Origin: Candidatus Omnitrophota bacterium
Lineage (GTDB): Bacteria; Omnitrophota; Gorgyraeia; Zapsychrales; Zapsychraceae
Assembly: GCA_015233195.1 (NCBI GenBank)
Contig: JADFYE010000012.1
Span: 989-64,988, forward strand
DNA: 64,000 bases
Direction: 5' to 3'
Position 1 is the stretch's first letter; each line of letters begins with the position of its first letter. The notes beneath the pieces were generated by a model. That model saw only the letters and a list, made by a program, of their open reading frames with translations. It searched no databases and was not told the origin of the DNA. Positions 48,514 through 59,089 of this stretch are shown here, piece by piece. Made by a program: the position numbers and the translations under genes.

Positions 48514-49749
48514 ATGAGAAAACTGAAAAGTATTTTTTTAACAGTTTTAATAGTAACACTGTGTTTTATTTTATTTTTGGGTTTAATGGAAATTATTTTT
48601 CGTATGACTCGAGGCACACCAAATCCATTAGCTGACGTTACTCAAACCCGTTCTGATACTTTATTAACCCCGAATGAAATAATACACAATCGCTCCTCAA
48701 TAAATGGAGAATTTGAAACTACTATCCGCATAAATTCTTTAGGTTATCGCGGTCACGACTTTTCTGTTACTAAACCTCAAGGTTCAATCCGTATTTTAGC
48801 TATCGGAGATTCATTTACTTTTGGAGTAGGCGCAAACGATGATCAAACTATACCTGCAGTAATGGCGCACGAACTTATAGCCCAGGGATATACGGCGGAA
48901 GTTATTAACGCCGGCATTGGTCATGAGTCACCCATACGCCACTGGGATAATCTTGAACGTCTGCATTTAAAATACCATCCTGATATAGTACTTTTGTTTT
49001 TCGACCTTACTGATCTATGGGATGATTGGCATTGGGAGCGTCATGCGGTATGGAATAAACAAGGCATGATTGACAGGTTTGACCTGGCTTATATAAATGG
49101 CAAAAGGGACTGGTGGGCAACTTTGGTACAATATAGCGCGTTTTGCAAATGGTTTGATGAAAAAGGCATCCGCATGTTTGAAAAGCTTAACTTATTAGGA
49201 TTTAAAAAATATTCACAACTCAAAAAAGACGGCGCACGTGCCAAAGCAGAAATTATAAATTCATATAATAAAATACCAGATGATACGATCATAAAATTCG
49301 ACGGATTAGCATTAATGCGCGGAAGGGAAAGGTCCCGTCTGATTCTTAAGCATTGGGATCGGACCACAAAATACCTATCTAAAATCCGTGATCTATTAGC
49401 TGAAAAAAATATCCCTTTTATAATTGTAATGTATCCGCACGGCATTTATGTAGGCGAAGACCAGTGGAATGAAGGTCGTAAAACCTGGGGATTTGAACAA
49501 AATAAAAAATACACAGATTATTATCCATTTGAATTAATGGATCAGTACACAAAAAAAGCACAAATACCTTTTATAAATACCTTAAGCGGATTCTTGACTG
49601 CGCCTAAACAGAAATATTTTCACGACTGGGATGGACACATGACTGCTGCTGGATATAAACTGGTAGCAGAACAAGTTGTAGCTAATGCAGTATTTCAGAA
49701 CCTGTTAAAACAAACAGCATTGGGAGATAAAAACAATGCGCCACGTTAA
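48514..49749 (+). CDS. Membrane-anchored SGNH/GDSL-family hydrolase (411 aa)
   Basis: N-terminal TM anchor, block I ILAIGDSFTFGVG, and a C-terminal DWDGHMT (block V D-x-x-H). Confidence 0.75.
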   Translation: MRKLKSIFLTVLIVTLCFILFLGLMEIIFRMTRGTPNPLADVTQTRSDTLLTPNEIIHNRSSINGEFETTIRINSLGYRGHDFSVTKPQGSIRILAIGDSFTFGVGANDDQTIPAVMAHELIAQGYTAEVINAGIGHESPIRHWDNLERLHLKYHPDIVLLFFDLTDLWDDWHWERHAVWNKQGMIDRFDLAYINGKRDWWATLVQYSAFCKWFDEKGIRMFEKLNLLGFKKYSQLKKDGARAKAEIINSYNKIPDDTIIKFDGLALMRGRERSRLILKHWDRTTKYLSKIRDLLAEKNIPFIIVMYPHGIYVGEDQWNEGRKTWGFEQNKKYTDYYPFELMDQYTKKAQIPFINTLSGFLTAPKQKYFHDWDGHMTAAGYKLVAEQVVANAVFQNLLKQTALGDKNNAPR

Positions 49750-50836
49750 GAGTGCTTTAATTATTTTACTCATTACCGTAATATTTTTTGCTGGCTTGAA
49801 TATAATCGCTCTTTTATGGGCGAGAAATTATTATATGAACTTAGATACAGTAAATCGAAACCAAGCTGCAGTTTCATATGGTTATTTTAGACCTAACCAA
49901 TCCAGGACTATACTATTCCCAGGTATGAAACCTTATCATGCGACAGTTAATAATCTCGGCTTTAGAGATGTTGGAATTCAAATATCATCCTCAGATCTTA
50001 ATACAAAACAAAAAATTCTTACAGTTGGAGATTCATTAACCTTTGGTTTATTCATTGATGATGCCAAAACTTATCCGTATCTATTGCAGAAAGCTTTAAT
50101 TGAAACAAAACAGAACGCGATAGTTTTAAACGCTGGTATAGGCAATACCACTATCACTGACCATTTGGCTTATTTACAGAACAAAGGTTTAAGCCTGCAC
50201 CCTGACGTAGTCATCATTAATTTCTGCAGTAATGATATCGCTGAACTTTCAGGACGGTCAAAACCATTATATGGACAATTAATTTCCAAAACTTCAAATC
50301 CATTATCTCAATGGTGGCAAAATATGCCGCTTAACCGGTCTTTTAGACGATGGTACGTGCTCAATAAATACAACCATTGGCTGCATAAAATTAAAGATGA
50401 ACGAATAACTATAATCTTGAAGAATAAAAGCCGAAACCTGGATGACATATTATATGTATGCAAAAATTACTTTGCTCCGGATATAATTAAAACCCCGACC
50501 GATCCTAAAGTACTACAAAATTGGAATAAATATTTTTCAACCTTAGAACAAACTATAGATATCCTACAAAAAAATAATATAAAATTAATATTTTTTATCA
50601 CGCCTGAATTTCTTTCGGTTTTTAACCAGCTTGAATCCGGTTATCAAGAAAAATTAAAAACCTTTTTACAAGAACATAAAATACGTTATATTGATTTGTC
50701 GGATGAATTTAAAAAATATACAGGCGATAAAGTTTCTTTATTTAATGATCCTCCCCGGGATTATCATTTAAGCGGGTCCGGGAATAAATTATTAGTTGAA
50801 AAACTACTTCCAATCATTGAATCGAGCTTGAAATAA
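49736..50836 (+). CDS. Membrane-anchored SGNH/GDSL-family hydrolase (366 aa), paralogous to the preceding gene
   Basis: N-terminal TM anchor, block I ILTVGDSLTFGLF, and a C-terminal PRDYHLS (D-x-x-H). It overlaps the upstream gene by 14 nt. Confidence 0.75.
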   Translation: MRHVKSALIILLITVIFFAGLNIIALLWARNYYMNLDTVNRNQAAVSYGYFRPNQSRTILFPGMKPYHATVNNLGFRDVGIQISSSDLNTKQKILTVGDSLTFGLFIDDAKTYPYLLQKALIETKQNAIVLNAGIGNTTITDHLAYLQNKGLSLHPDVVIINFCSNDIAELSGRSKPLYGQLISKTSNPLSQWWQNMPLNRSFRRWYVLNKYNHWLHKIKDERITIILKNKSRNLDDILYVCKNYFAPDIIKTPTDPKVLQNWNKYFSTLEQTIDILQKNNIKLIFFITPEFLSVFNQLESGYQEKLKTFLQEHKIRYIDLSDEFKKYTGDKVSLFNDPPRDYHLSGSGNKLLVEKLLPIIESSLK

Positions 50837-50837
50837 T

Positions 50838-52661
50838 ATGCCAAAATATATTCTAGGTATTTCCGCGTTCTATCATGACTCTGCTGCAGCACTGATAAAA
50901 GACGGTGAAATAATCGCTGCAGCGCAAGAAGAACGTTTTACCCGAAAAAAACACGACCACAATTTTCCTAAACGCGCAGTTGAATTTTGTTTAGCTAAAG
51001 CCGGTATCACAGTCCTTGACCTGGCAGATGTAGTTTTCTATGATAAACCTTTCATAAAATTTGAACGCTTGCTTGAAACTTATTTAATGTTCGCACCTTT
51101 GGGTCTTAGGTCTTTCATTAAAGCCATGCCACTTTGGTTAAAACAAAAATTAAATTTAAACAAAACCATACGCAAAGAATTAGGTCATGATGTTAACGTG
51201 CTATTTGCTGATCATCACGAATCTCACGCAGCCAGCGCGTTTTACCCATCGCCATTTCAAAAAGCCGCGATTATAACTTTAGACGGAGTCGGGGAATGGT
51301 CAACTCTGACGTTTGGAATGGGTGAAGATAATAAAATATCTTTGTATAAAGAAATCCGTTTCCCGCATTCTTTAGGACTTTTATACTCTGCGTTCACTTA
51401 TTACACTGGTTTTAGGGTAAATTCTGGCGAATATAAATTAATGGGCTTAGCTCCTTATGGAGAGCCTACATATACTGAACTGATTAAAAAAGAACTGCTT
51501 GATATTCGCCCGGATGGATCGTTTAAACTTAACATGAAATATTTTGATTATTGTGCCGGCTTGACCATGATCAATAAAAAATTTTGCGATATTTTCGGTC
51601 GCCCAGCACGCAAACCCGAAGAAAAAATCGAGCAGTTCCATATGGACGTGGCTCGTTCAATTCAGGCAGTTACTGAAGAAATTATTCTTAAGATCGCCCA
51701 ACATGTAAAGCAAGAAACTAATGCTGAATATTTATGTTTGGCTGGAGGGGTCGCACTTAATTGTGTAGCTAACGGTAAAATCGCAGCCAGTGGTTTATTT
51801 AAACGAATCTGGATACAACCTGCAGCTTCTGATTCAGGCGGAGCGCTTGGTGCAGCATTAACAGTTTGGTACAATCATTATCAACAGCCTCGCCAAGCAG
51901 ATAACGTGCATGATATGCAAAAAGCATCTTTATTAGGTCCTGAATTCTCGAATGAAGAGGTGGAAACATTTTTAAAATCAAAAAATGTTAAATATACGAA
52001 ATTATCGGACGATGACCTATTTAAAAAAGCCGCAGATATAATAGCAGATGACAAAGTATTAGGCTGGGTTCAAGGTAGAATGGAATTTGGTCCTCGGGCA
52101 TTAGGCAGCAGAAGTATTTTAGGCGATCCTCGTTCAGAAAAAATGCAGACCACAATGAACGTTAAGATTAAATTCCGGGAATCCTTCAGACCATTTGCCC
52201 CTGCAATTATGTTAGAACACTCCGGTGAATATTTTAAATATTCAGACGAGAGCCCATATATGCTGCTCGTGACTTCGATTAATGATGATAAACGTTTTCC
52301 TATACCAAAAGATCAAAGCGGTTTATTAGGTTTACAAAAATTAAAAATAAAACGATCCGACCTTCCAGCCATAACTCATGTGGATTATTCTGCTCGGGTT
52401 CAAACTGTATCTAAGGAGGAAAACCCCCGCTTTTATAATGTGATAAACGCGTTTTATAAAAAAACCGGTTGTCCAGTAGTAATAAATACTTCATTTAACG
52501 TGCGCGGTGAGCCAATAGTTTGCACGCCCGAAGACGCGTACCGATGTTTATTGCGTACCAACATGGATTACCTAATTATTGAAAATTGTGTTATAGATCG
52601 GCGAGACCAAAAACAAGACGAAATAAAAGTAGGAGACTTAAGTGGATTTGACCCAGATTAA
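50838..52661 (+). CDS. Carbamoyltransferase (NodU/CmcH family)
   Basis: N-terminus ILGISAFYHDSAAALIKDGEIIAAAQEERFTRKKHD, a length of 607 aa, and a C-terminal YrdC-like/Kae1-like architecture typical of the family. Confidence 0.9.
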   Translation: MPKYILGISAFYHDSAAALIKDGEIIAAAQEERFTRKKHDHNFPKRAVEFCLAKAGITVLDLADVVFYDKPFIKFERLLETYLMFAPLGLRSFIKAMPLWLKQKLNLNKTIRKELGHDVNVLFADHHESHAASAFYPSPFQKAAIITLDGVGEWSTLTFGMGEDNKISLYKEIRFPHSLGLLYSAFTYYTGFRVNSGEYKLMGLAPYGEPTYTELIKKELLDIRPDGSFKLNMKYFDYCAGLTMINKKFCDIFGRPARKPEEKIEQFHMDVARSIQAVTEEIILKIAQHVKQETNAEYLCLAGGVALNCVANGKIAASGLFKRIWIQPAASDSGGALGAALTVWYNHYQQPRQADNVHDMQKASLLGPEFSNEEVETFLKSKNVKYTKLSDDDLFKKAADIIADDKVLGWVQGRMEFGPRALGSRSILGDPRSEKMQTTMNVKIKFRESFRPFAPAIMLEHSGEYFKYSDESPYMLLVTSINDDKRFPIPKDQSGLLGLQKLKIKRSDLPAITHVDYSARVQTVSKEENPRFYNVINAFYKKTGCPVVINTSFNVRGEPIVCTPEDAYRCLLRTNMDYLIIENCVIDRRDQKQDEIKVGDLSGFDPD

Positions 52662-53049
52662 TAAAAAAGACCTACGAGGCTTTGGAATAGGCGCTGCCAT
52701 ATTCTTTGCGGGCATAATTCCGTTTATTCAATATTTGAAGCACCATAATCCTTCGATAATATTAATAAGTATCGGGATTATATTGGGTATTATAGGATTA
52801 ATCTTCCCTATGGTACTTAAGCCGTTATATTACGGAGTTATGAAATATTTCGCTTTACCTTTAGGCTGGATCAATACCCGAATAATTTTAGCTATAATCT
52901 ATTACTGCGTATTCATGCCAGTCGGTTTATTACTGCGGTTATTTGGTAAAGATCTGCTTTACCGCAAATTCGATAAAACCGCTGATTCATATTGGATATT
53001 GCGTGACGGAAAACCGTTTGATTCAAATCACTATGAAAAACCTTATTAA
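52642..53049 (+). CDS. SxtJ-like small membrane protein
   Basis: GTG start after AGGAG, overlapping the carbamoyltransferase 3' end. It is 135 aa with 3-4 TM helices. Its position immediately after a carbamoyltransferase matches what I recall of sxtI-sxtJ-sxtK. Confidence 0.65.
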   Translation: MDLTQINKKDLRGFGIGAAIFFAGIIPFIQYLKHHNPSIILISIGIILGIIGLIFPMVLKPLYYGVMKYFALPLGWINTRIILAIIYYCVFMPVGLLLRLFGKDLLYRKFDKTADSYWILRDGKPFDSNHYEKPY

Positions 53050-53060
53050 GTAGGAGTATT

Positions 53061-53219
53061 ATGGCAAAATCATCGCTATTAAAAGATCTTTGGGACTTCA
53101 TGAAAACCCGTAAACGATTTTGGTTAACACCAATCATCATTGTTTTACTTTTATTAGGTGTGATATTACTTCTAACCGAGAGTTCTGCGGTTGCCCCGTT
53201 TATTTATACACTATTTTAA
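53061..53219 (+). CDS. DUF5989 (SxtK-like) 52-aa membrane peptide
   Basis: Hand-translated: MAKSSLLKDLWDFMKTRKRFWLTPIIIVLLLLGVILLLTESSAVAPFIYTLF. RBS AGGAG is present. The conserved ...RKRFWL.P....LLL.G......S...APFIYTLF pattern fits this family as I recall it. Confidence 0.7.
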   Translation: MAKSSLLKDLWDFMKTRKRFWLTPIIIVLLLLGVILLLTESSAVAPFIYTLF

Positions 53220-53237
53220 TAAAAACTAGTGTGATAT

Positions 53238-54293
53238 ATGCAACAGATACAGCGTATAGTGATTTTTCGGACTGATCGAATCGGTGAAGTTATATTAACA
53301 ACACCTCTGATCAAAGCATTAAAAGAAAAATATCCTGCTGCACATATAACTTTCTTCACTTCTAAACTCGCAGAAGAAATCCTGCAATTTGTACCTAGGA
53401 TTGATTCAATACACACCTTTGACACACTATCAAAACCTAATTTTTTTGATTTCTTAAAACTTATCCTCCAATTAAGAAAAGGTAATTTCGATCTCACCCT
53501 AATTAGCAACCCGCACAAATATATTCATCTAGCTGCATTTTTATCTGGCATAAAAAACCGAATCGGCTTTTCACGAAAATGGGGGAAATGGCTTTTAACT
53601 CATTCAATTAAAGATGTGCGGTCTGAAGGAAAAATACATGAAATACAAGCTAATTTACAATTATTAAATATCCTGGATATAAAACAAGACCTGATAAAAC
53701 CCGAAATATCCGTGCCTGAAATATTCAAAGAAGATTTTAAACAACAAATATGTGAATTGAACCTTGATCCAACTAAACCAATAATTTCGATACATCCTGG
53801 AAGCAGTTATATTTATAAACGCTGGCCTAAAGAATATTTTATTGATCTCATCCATCAACTATTAAAATCATATTCAGCACAAATTTGTATTAATGGTGAT
53901 GCATCAGAAAAAAAACTATGCGAGGACATTGCGTCACATTTCTCCTCTAACGTTGTATCATTAGCCGGTAAGTTCACGCTAAAAGATTTAACCATATTTT
54001 TAAGTTTATCAAACTTGGTAATTACTAATGATAGCGGACCAATGCATATCGCTGATGCCTTGAATAAAAACTTGATAGCTATATTTGGACGGGGAAATGA
54101 GGGTACAGGACCAAATCGTTGGGGACCAAAAGGTCCTAACAGTTACATTCTGCATAAAGTGCCAGGGCAATGTAAAAAATGCCAAGACCAAGATTGCCTG
54201 TATGATTATGAATGTTTAAAAATGACAAAACCGCAGGAAGTATTAGACTTGATTGCTAAAAATCAGCTATTAGGTAAATCTAAAGAAGACTGA
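53238..54293 (+). CDS. Family 9 glycosyltransferase (LPS heptosyltransferase-like)
   Basis: N-terminus IVIFRTDRIGEVILTTPLIKALKEKYP and C-terminal ITNDSGPMHIA, the GT9 signature. Confidence 0.85.
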   Translation: MQQIQRIVIFRTDRIGEVILTTPLIKALKEKYPAAHITFFTSKLAEEILQFVPRIDSIHTFDTLSKPNFFDFLKLILQLRKGNFDLTLISNPHKYIHLAAFLSGIKNRIGFSRKWGKWLLTHSIKDVRSEGKIHEIQANLQLLNILDIKQDLIKPEISVPEIFKEDFKQQICELNLDPTKPIISIHPGSSYIYKRWPKEYFIDLIHQLLKSYSAQICINGDASEKKLCEDIASHFSSNVVSLAGKFTLKDLTIFLSLSNLVITNDSGPMHIADALNKNLIAIFGRGNEGTGPNRWGPKGPNSYILHKVPGQCKKCQDQDCLYDYECLKMTKPQEVLDLIAKNQLLGKSKED

Positions 54294-55621
54294 TTTCTTC
54301 CAATAACTAAAATAACTGCATTAAATAAAAATCCAATTACAATCAAAACATTACCAAGCACATTAGCCCCATTCATCATTACTATCTTACCGCTTACACT
54401 CAAACATCCGCCTACAATTACCGCTAGCATTACAAACCATTCATTAATTTTCCAACCTGCTAACCCTGCCAACACCGGACAAACAAACGCTCCAGTAAAA
54501 AATGATAAACCCAATAATAAAGAATCAATTATAGAATTCGTTAATAACGCTATGCCTAAACTAAAAATTGCCAACAAAGTAATAAGCCCACGAGTTAAAA
54601 TAATGGAAGACGTCTTATGAATATTTTTGAATAAGTCAGTCAATATTGTAGCTGAAGTTAATAAAGTACTATTAGCTGATGACATAAAAGCTGATAAAAA
54701 GAAAATTATAATTAAACCCCAGGACCATACTGGTAAAAGATTTTTAAGCATTTGAGATAATCCAGCGAACGATCGCGAATCAATATCAGGATAATAATGA
54801 TTAGCATAAACACCGATAAAACATAAACCCCATGCAATCGGTATTAAAATCAAAGCACTTAACCATACGCTAACCTGCGCGACTTTCTCATTTTTAGCAC
54901 AAAATATACGGGCATAAATGTCCGGTCCGACTAAAAAAGCAGTAGAATAAGTTAATATTAAAGTCAGCAAGTTAAAAATCGAAAATTTTTCAGAAAAAGG
55001 AAATGAATGAGGCGCCAATTGCCATAATGGTAGGTTCAACTTTTTTAATGCAAAACCACAAATAATACATAGTCCTACTAAAATCAACACAAAATGATAT
55101 TTGTCTGTCCGTATAACTGACAATTGTCCGCCTAAAAATGTATATAACGCAAATACCAACGTAGATAACACTACTGCCCAAAAATAAGATAAGCCGATAA
55201 AAATATTCAAAATTACTGCTGACCCAATTATCTGTGCTGCGATCACGCTGGTCCAAGCAATAGGTATGGTTAAGGAAGCAATAAATTTTACTTTTGGTCC
55301 ATAAAAATCATTTAACAATTCTGGAAGAGTAAATTTTCCAAGCCGATTAACTTTTTTTACTACAAGAGTTAAACTTATGAGACCAATAGAAGCTGACATC
55401 AAAAACCATGCAGCTGCCCAACCATATTTTAAGCTCATTGAAACCGTACCCAATATGGCTGAACTTCCAATTATAGTAGCTAATAAAGAGGACGTCGTTG
55501 CCCATATACCGTTATTTTTTCCTGCTACAAAAAAATTTAACGGGTCAAATGAGCGTTTAAAAACTAATACGCCTAAACCAATAAAAAATATTGAATAAAT
55601 AGTTAACCAAATAATTTCCAT
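54263..55621 (-). CDS. Sodium:solute symporter family transporter
   Basis: 452 aa with about 12-13 TM helices. The N-terminal pattern FFVAGKNNGIWATTSSLLATIIGSSAILG is typical of SSF transporters. It overlaps the GT9 gene's 3' end convergently by 31 nt. Confidence 0.7.
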   Translation of the reverse strand: MEIIWLTIYSIFFIGLGVLVFKRSFDPLNFFVAGKNNGIWATTSSLLATIIGSSAILGTVSMSLKYGWAAAWFLMSASIGLISLTLVVKKVNRLGKFTLPELLNDFYGPKVKFIASLTIPIAWTSVIAAQIIGSAVILNIFIGLSYFWAVVLSTLVFALYTFLGGQLSVIRTDKYHFVLILVGLCIICGFALKKLNLPLWQLAPHSFPFSEKFSIFNLLTLILTYSTAFLVGPDIYARIFCAKNEKVAQVSVWLSALILIPIAWGLCFIGVYANHYYPDIDSRSFAGLSQMLKNLLPVWSWGLIIIFFLSAFMSSANSTLLTSATILTDLFKNIHKTSSIILTRGLITLLAIFSLGIALLTNSIIDSLLLGLSFFTGAFVCPVLAGLAGWKINEWFVMLAVIVGGCLSVSGKIVMMNGANVLGNVLIVIGFLFNAVILVIGRNQSSLDLPNS

Positions 55622-55753
55622 GAATGTTTATAATAAAGAAATCCAATTCCGAGTCAAGCATCATTTTTACTTCTGCTAAACTATATAATAAACTTTTACT
55701 TTTATCGGTTTTTATATACAATATTAAAACTTAACCATTAGGAAGAACCATTC

Positions 55754-57061
55754 ATGGAATTAAATATACCCACATTAGATGATATTAAAAATTTAACAAT
55801 TGAGACAATAGGTAAGCCTGAATTTCTTTCGCCTTTATCCCGCAGAACAGTTCAATTCATTACCGATCAAGATAAAATCCTCGTACTACCTCATAAAAAA
55901 GATACAAAAAACCTCTTAGACCAAAATTTAGATATTCCAGCATTTGAAATGGCTGGACCTAGTGAAAAGATTTTCTTTGATCCAACTAACATAACTTGTG
56001 GAATTGTAACTTGCGGAGGGTTGTGCCCTGGACTTAATGATGTAATTCGGACTATAACCTTAGCCTTACATTGGCAATATGGCGTAAAACAAGTCCTCGG
56101 ATTTAGATATGGTTACGAGGGATTATCTTCTAACGCTAAAAAAGAACCAATGGTATTGACGCCAGATACAGTGGATCAAATTCAGCATCAAGGCGGCTCT
56201 ATATTAGGAACCAGCCGTGGACCTCAAGATCCTTTTGATATGGTTAATATTTTAGAAAAAAATCAAGTTAAGATCTTATTTGTTATCGGAGGAGATGGCA
56301 CTTTCAAAGGCGCGCATCAAATCGCAGCAGTTATACACGCGCGTAATTTAAAGATATCAGTTATCGGCATACCTAAAACTATAGACAATGATATTTTTTG
56401 CTCAGAACGAACTTTTGGTTTTTATACTGCAGTAGAAGAGGCACGCAAATCCATATATTCAGCGCATAATGAAGCAAAAGCAGCCTGGAATGGTGTTGGT
56501 CTGGTAAAATTAATGGGACGAGATTCCGGCTTCATCGCTGCACACGCGACTTTAGCAAACAGCGACGTCAATTTTTGTTTCATTCCGGAAGAACCATTTA
56601 TTTTAAACGGACCAAATGGTTTTTTAGAACGATTAGAAAAACGACTTGATCGAAAAAAACACGCTGTAGTGGTAGTCGCAGAAGGCGCAGGAGAACACTT
56701 GATAAAAGACTATGCGACTGGACAAGACGCTTCAGGCAATACCCTACATAAAGATATCGGATTGTTCTTAAAAGACCAGATCGTCACACATTTTAAAAAT
56801 AAAAACATTCCGTTAACTTTAAAATACATTGATCCAAGTTATATGATCAGGAGCTGTCCTTCAATAGCCCCTGATTCAACTTTCTGCATAATGCTAGGTC
56901 AAAACGCTGTGCATGCTGGAATGGCTGGAAAAACTGATATGTTTGTCGGATACTGGAACCACCATTTTACCCATGTTCCATTTAACATCGCGGTTAATAA
57001 AAGAAAAAAAATCGACCCTGAAGGAGAACTTTGGCAAACCGTTAAATTAATGACAGAATAA
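55754..57061 (+). CDS. pfk: 6-phosphofructokinase (long type; phosphoryl donor not resolvable from sequence)
   Basis: GGLCPGLNDVIR, GGDGT, IGIPKTIDNDI and MGRDSG. It carries Gly in GGDGT (ATP-like) but Lys in PKTIDND (found in PPi-dependent types). Confidence 0.9.
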   Translation: MELNIPTLDDIKNLTIETIGKPEFLSPLSRRTVQFITDQDKILVLPHKKDTKNLLDQNLDIPAFEMAGPSEKIFFDPTNITCGIVTCGGLCPGLNDVIRTITLALHWQYGVKQVLGFRYGYEGLSSNAKKEPMVLTPDTVDQIQHQGGSILGTSRGPQDPFDMVNILEKNQVKILFVIGGDGTFKGAHQIAAVIHARNLKISVIGIPKTIDNDIFCSERTFGFYTAVEEARKSIYSAHNEAKAAWNGVGLVKLMGRDSGFIAAHATLANSDVNFCFIPEEPFILNGPNGFLERLEKRLDRKKHAVVVVAEGAGEHLIKDYATGQDASGNTLHKDIGLFLKDQIVTHFKNKNIPLTLKYIDPSYMIRSCPSIAPDSTFCIMLGQNAVHAGMAGKTDMFVGYWNHHFTHVPFNIAVNKRKKIDPEGELWQTVKLMTE

Positions 57062-57073
57062 CTTAAGTTTGTT

Positions 57074-58297
57074 ATGAAACCCGCAATTTTATTTGTAGAT
57101 GATGATGTCAACAATTTACATTCACTCAAACGATTATTTTACGATCTTCGAGAAGAATGGTCTTTATTTTTTGCCCAAAGCGCGGACGAAGCGCTTAAGA
57201 TCCTTAATCACACTGATATTCAAACTATTGTAACAGATATGCGTATGCCGCAAACCGACGGCGCAGAACTGCTGAATATCGTTAGACTAAAATTTCCTAA
57301 TATAATCCGTATTATTCTCTCAGGATACGCGGATCAATCAATGATAACCAGAACCATCGCTTCAGCAGACCAATTTTTTTCAAAACCTTACGATATAAAA
57401 TTACTGAAAAAATACCTGGAGACAGTTCAGTCCGCAGTTTACAACCTGAGATACGAAAACATTTTTAACTTAGGCCCCAGAACTTCGCCAGTATATATAC
57501 TGCCGCATGTTTATAAAAATATAATCAGCGAACTAAGCTCCACACCAGCCTCTTTAAAAAATATTTTTTTATTAGCAGAACAAGATCCTTGTTTAATATT
57601 AAAAATCTTAAATCTAGTTAACAGTGACTTTTATGGACGTAGAAAATCTTGTACTGATCATGAACAAGCCGTGAAAGATATTGGTCTTGAAATTTTTAAT
57701 GAATTATTTTTCAAACAATCAATATTCCAGCCTTTTCCTGATTCTTGGTCAGAAAATGATTTAATTCTAGAAACATATAAACATGCGGCTTTACATGGCT
57801 ATATAGCACGAGAACTATCCACCCAAATATTTAAATCAACTCCAGATTCTAACACCGTATTTGCTATAACTATGTTACTTTATCTATCCGTAATTCAACT
57901 AGTATTATCGAATCCTAAAATATTAAATGAACTCAAGTCAAACGCGTCATTTATGGATTCAAATTTTTGTCTCAACGAATACTTTAGAAATATAAATCAC
58001 ATTTATCTTAATCAAATCTCGACTTACCTATGCCAATTTGCAGGTTTACCTAATGTGATATCAAATACTTTACGCAGTTTTATTTACCCAAAAGAAATTG
58101 AGTCAGAAACTGAACAACAAAAATTATTACTTAAAATAATTCATTTTTCTGGCAATTTGTCTGACGAGTTGTTACCATATAAAAAATGGAATAAGATTTT
58201 TAATTTTTCAGATATTAAATTCAGGCCTGAAGAAATATCACAGTCTGAATTAAATACTATCTGTGAAAGAATACAAACCAATATACATCGGATATAA
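57074..58297 (+). CDS. Response regulator receiver fused to an HDOD-like output domain
   Basis: Receiver motifs FVDDD, VTDMRMP, LSG and KP. About 270 aa of helical domain follow, consistent with HDOD. Confidence 0.7.
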   Translation: MKPAILFVDDDVNNLHSLKRLFYDLREEWSLFFAQSADEALKILNHTDIQTIVTDMRMPQTDGAELLNIVRLKFPNIIRIILSGYADQSMITRTIASADQFFSKPYDIKLLKKYLETVQSAVYNLRYENIFNLGPRTSPVYILPHVYKNIISELSSTPASLKNIFLLAEQDPCLILKILNLVNSDFYGRRKSCTDHEQAVKDIGLEIFNELFFKQSIFQPFPDSWSENDLILETYKHAALHGYIARELSTQIFKSTPDSNTVFAITMLLYLSVIQLVLSNPKILNELKSNASFMDSNFCLNEYFRNINHIYLNQISTYLCQFAGLPNVISNTLRSFIYPKEIESETEQQKLLLKIIHFSGNLSDELLPYKKWNKIFNFSDIKFRPEEISQSELNTICERIQTNIHRI

Positions 58298-59089
58298 ATG
58301 CGAACAGTTATTTATTATTTTTCAGGCACTGGAAATTCATTAGACGTAGCCCAAGGACTTGCTAAAAGCTTTATAAATGAAGATGTTGAAATAATAAATC
58401 TTTCTACAATACATATCCACGAATTTAAAATCTTAAGTTCTGACCGAATTGGTATAATTTTTCCGATTTATATGGGACGAATGCCGATAATGGTATCAAA
58501 TTTTCTAGAAAAACTGGTAGCCGATAAATCAAAATATGTTTTTGCGATCGCAACCTATGGCGGACTCGCCGGAGACGTTATTCAACAAGTAAAAACTAAG
58601 TTAAAAATTCGTGGAATTAAATTATCCGCAGGGTTTTTAGTTAAAATGCCTGAAAATTTTATTCCGTTTTTTGGCGCCATACCGGAAGCTGAACAACAAA
58701 AATTATTTCAGCGAAAGGACCGTAAAATTAGCCAAATTGCGCACTACATAACCAAAAAGAAAAAAGGTCATTTTGAGAACGATTTCTTTTTAATAAATAT
58801 GCTGTACTCAGGTTTTATAGGAAAAATGGGACAGAAGATGATTCCAACTGCTGACAAAAATTTTTGGACTACCGATAAATGCAATGGGTGTGAAATTTGT
58901 TGTAAAATTTGTCCTGCAGACAATATAATTATCCGAAATGAACGTCCAGTCTGGAAACATAAATGTGAATTATGTTTAGCTTGCCTACAATGGTGTCCGC
59001 TAGAAGCCATACAATATAAAAAATCCACACTAAAACGCAAACGTTATCAAAATCCAAATATTAATGCCGGCAATTTAACCACTCGATAA
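58298..59089 (+). CDS. Flavodoxin-like plus 4Fe-4S ferredoxin fusion (EFR1-type)
   Basis: N-terminus IYYFSGTGNS (flavodoxin-like loop) and C-terminal CNGCEICCKICP ... CELCLACLQWCP. Confidence 0.7.
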   Translation: MRTVIYYFSGTGNSLDVAQGLAKSFINEDVEIINLSTIHIHEFKILSSDRIGIIFPIYMGRMPIMVSNFLEKLVADKSKYVFAIATYGGLAGDVIQQVKTKLKIRGIKLSAGFLVKMPENFIPFFGAIPEAEQQKLFQRKDRKISQIAHYITKKKKGHFENDFFLINMLYSGFIGKMGQKMIPTADKNFWTTDKCNGCEICCKICPADNIIIRNERPVWKHKCELCLACLQWCPLEAIQYKKSTLKRKRYQNPNINAGNLTTR

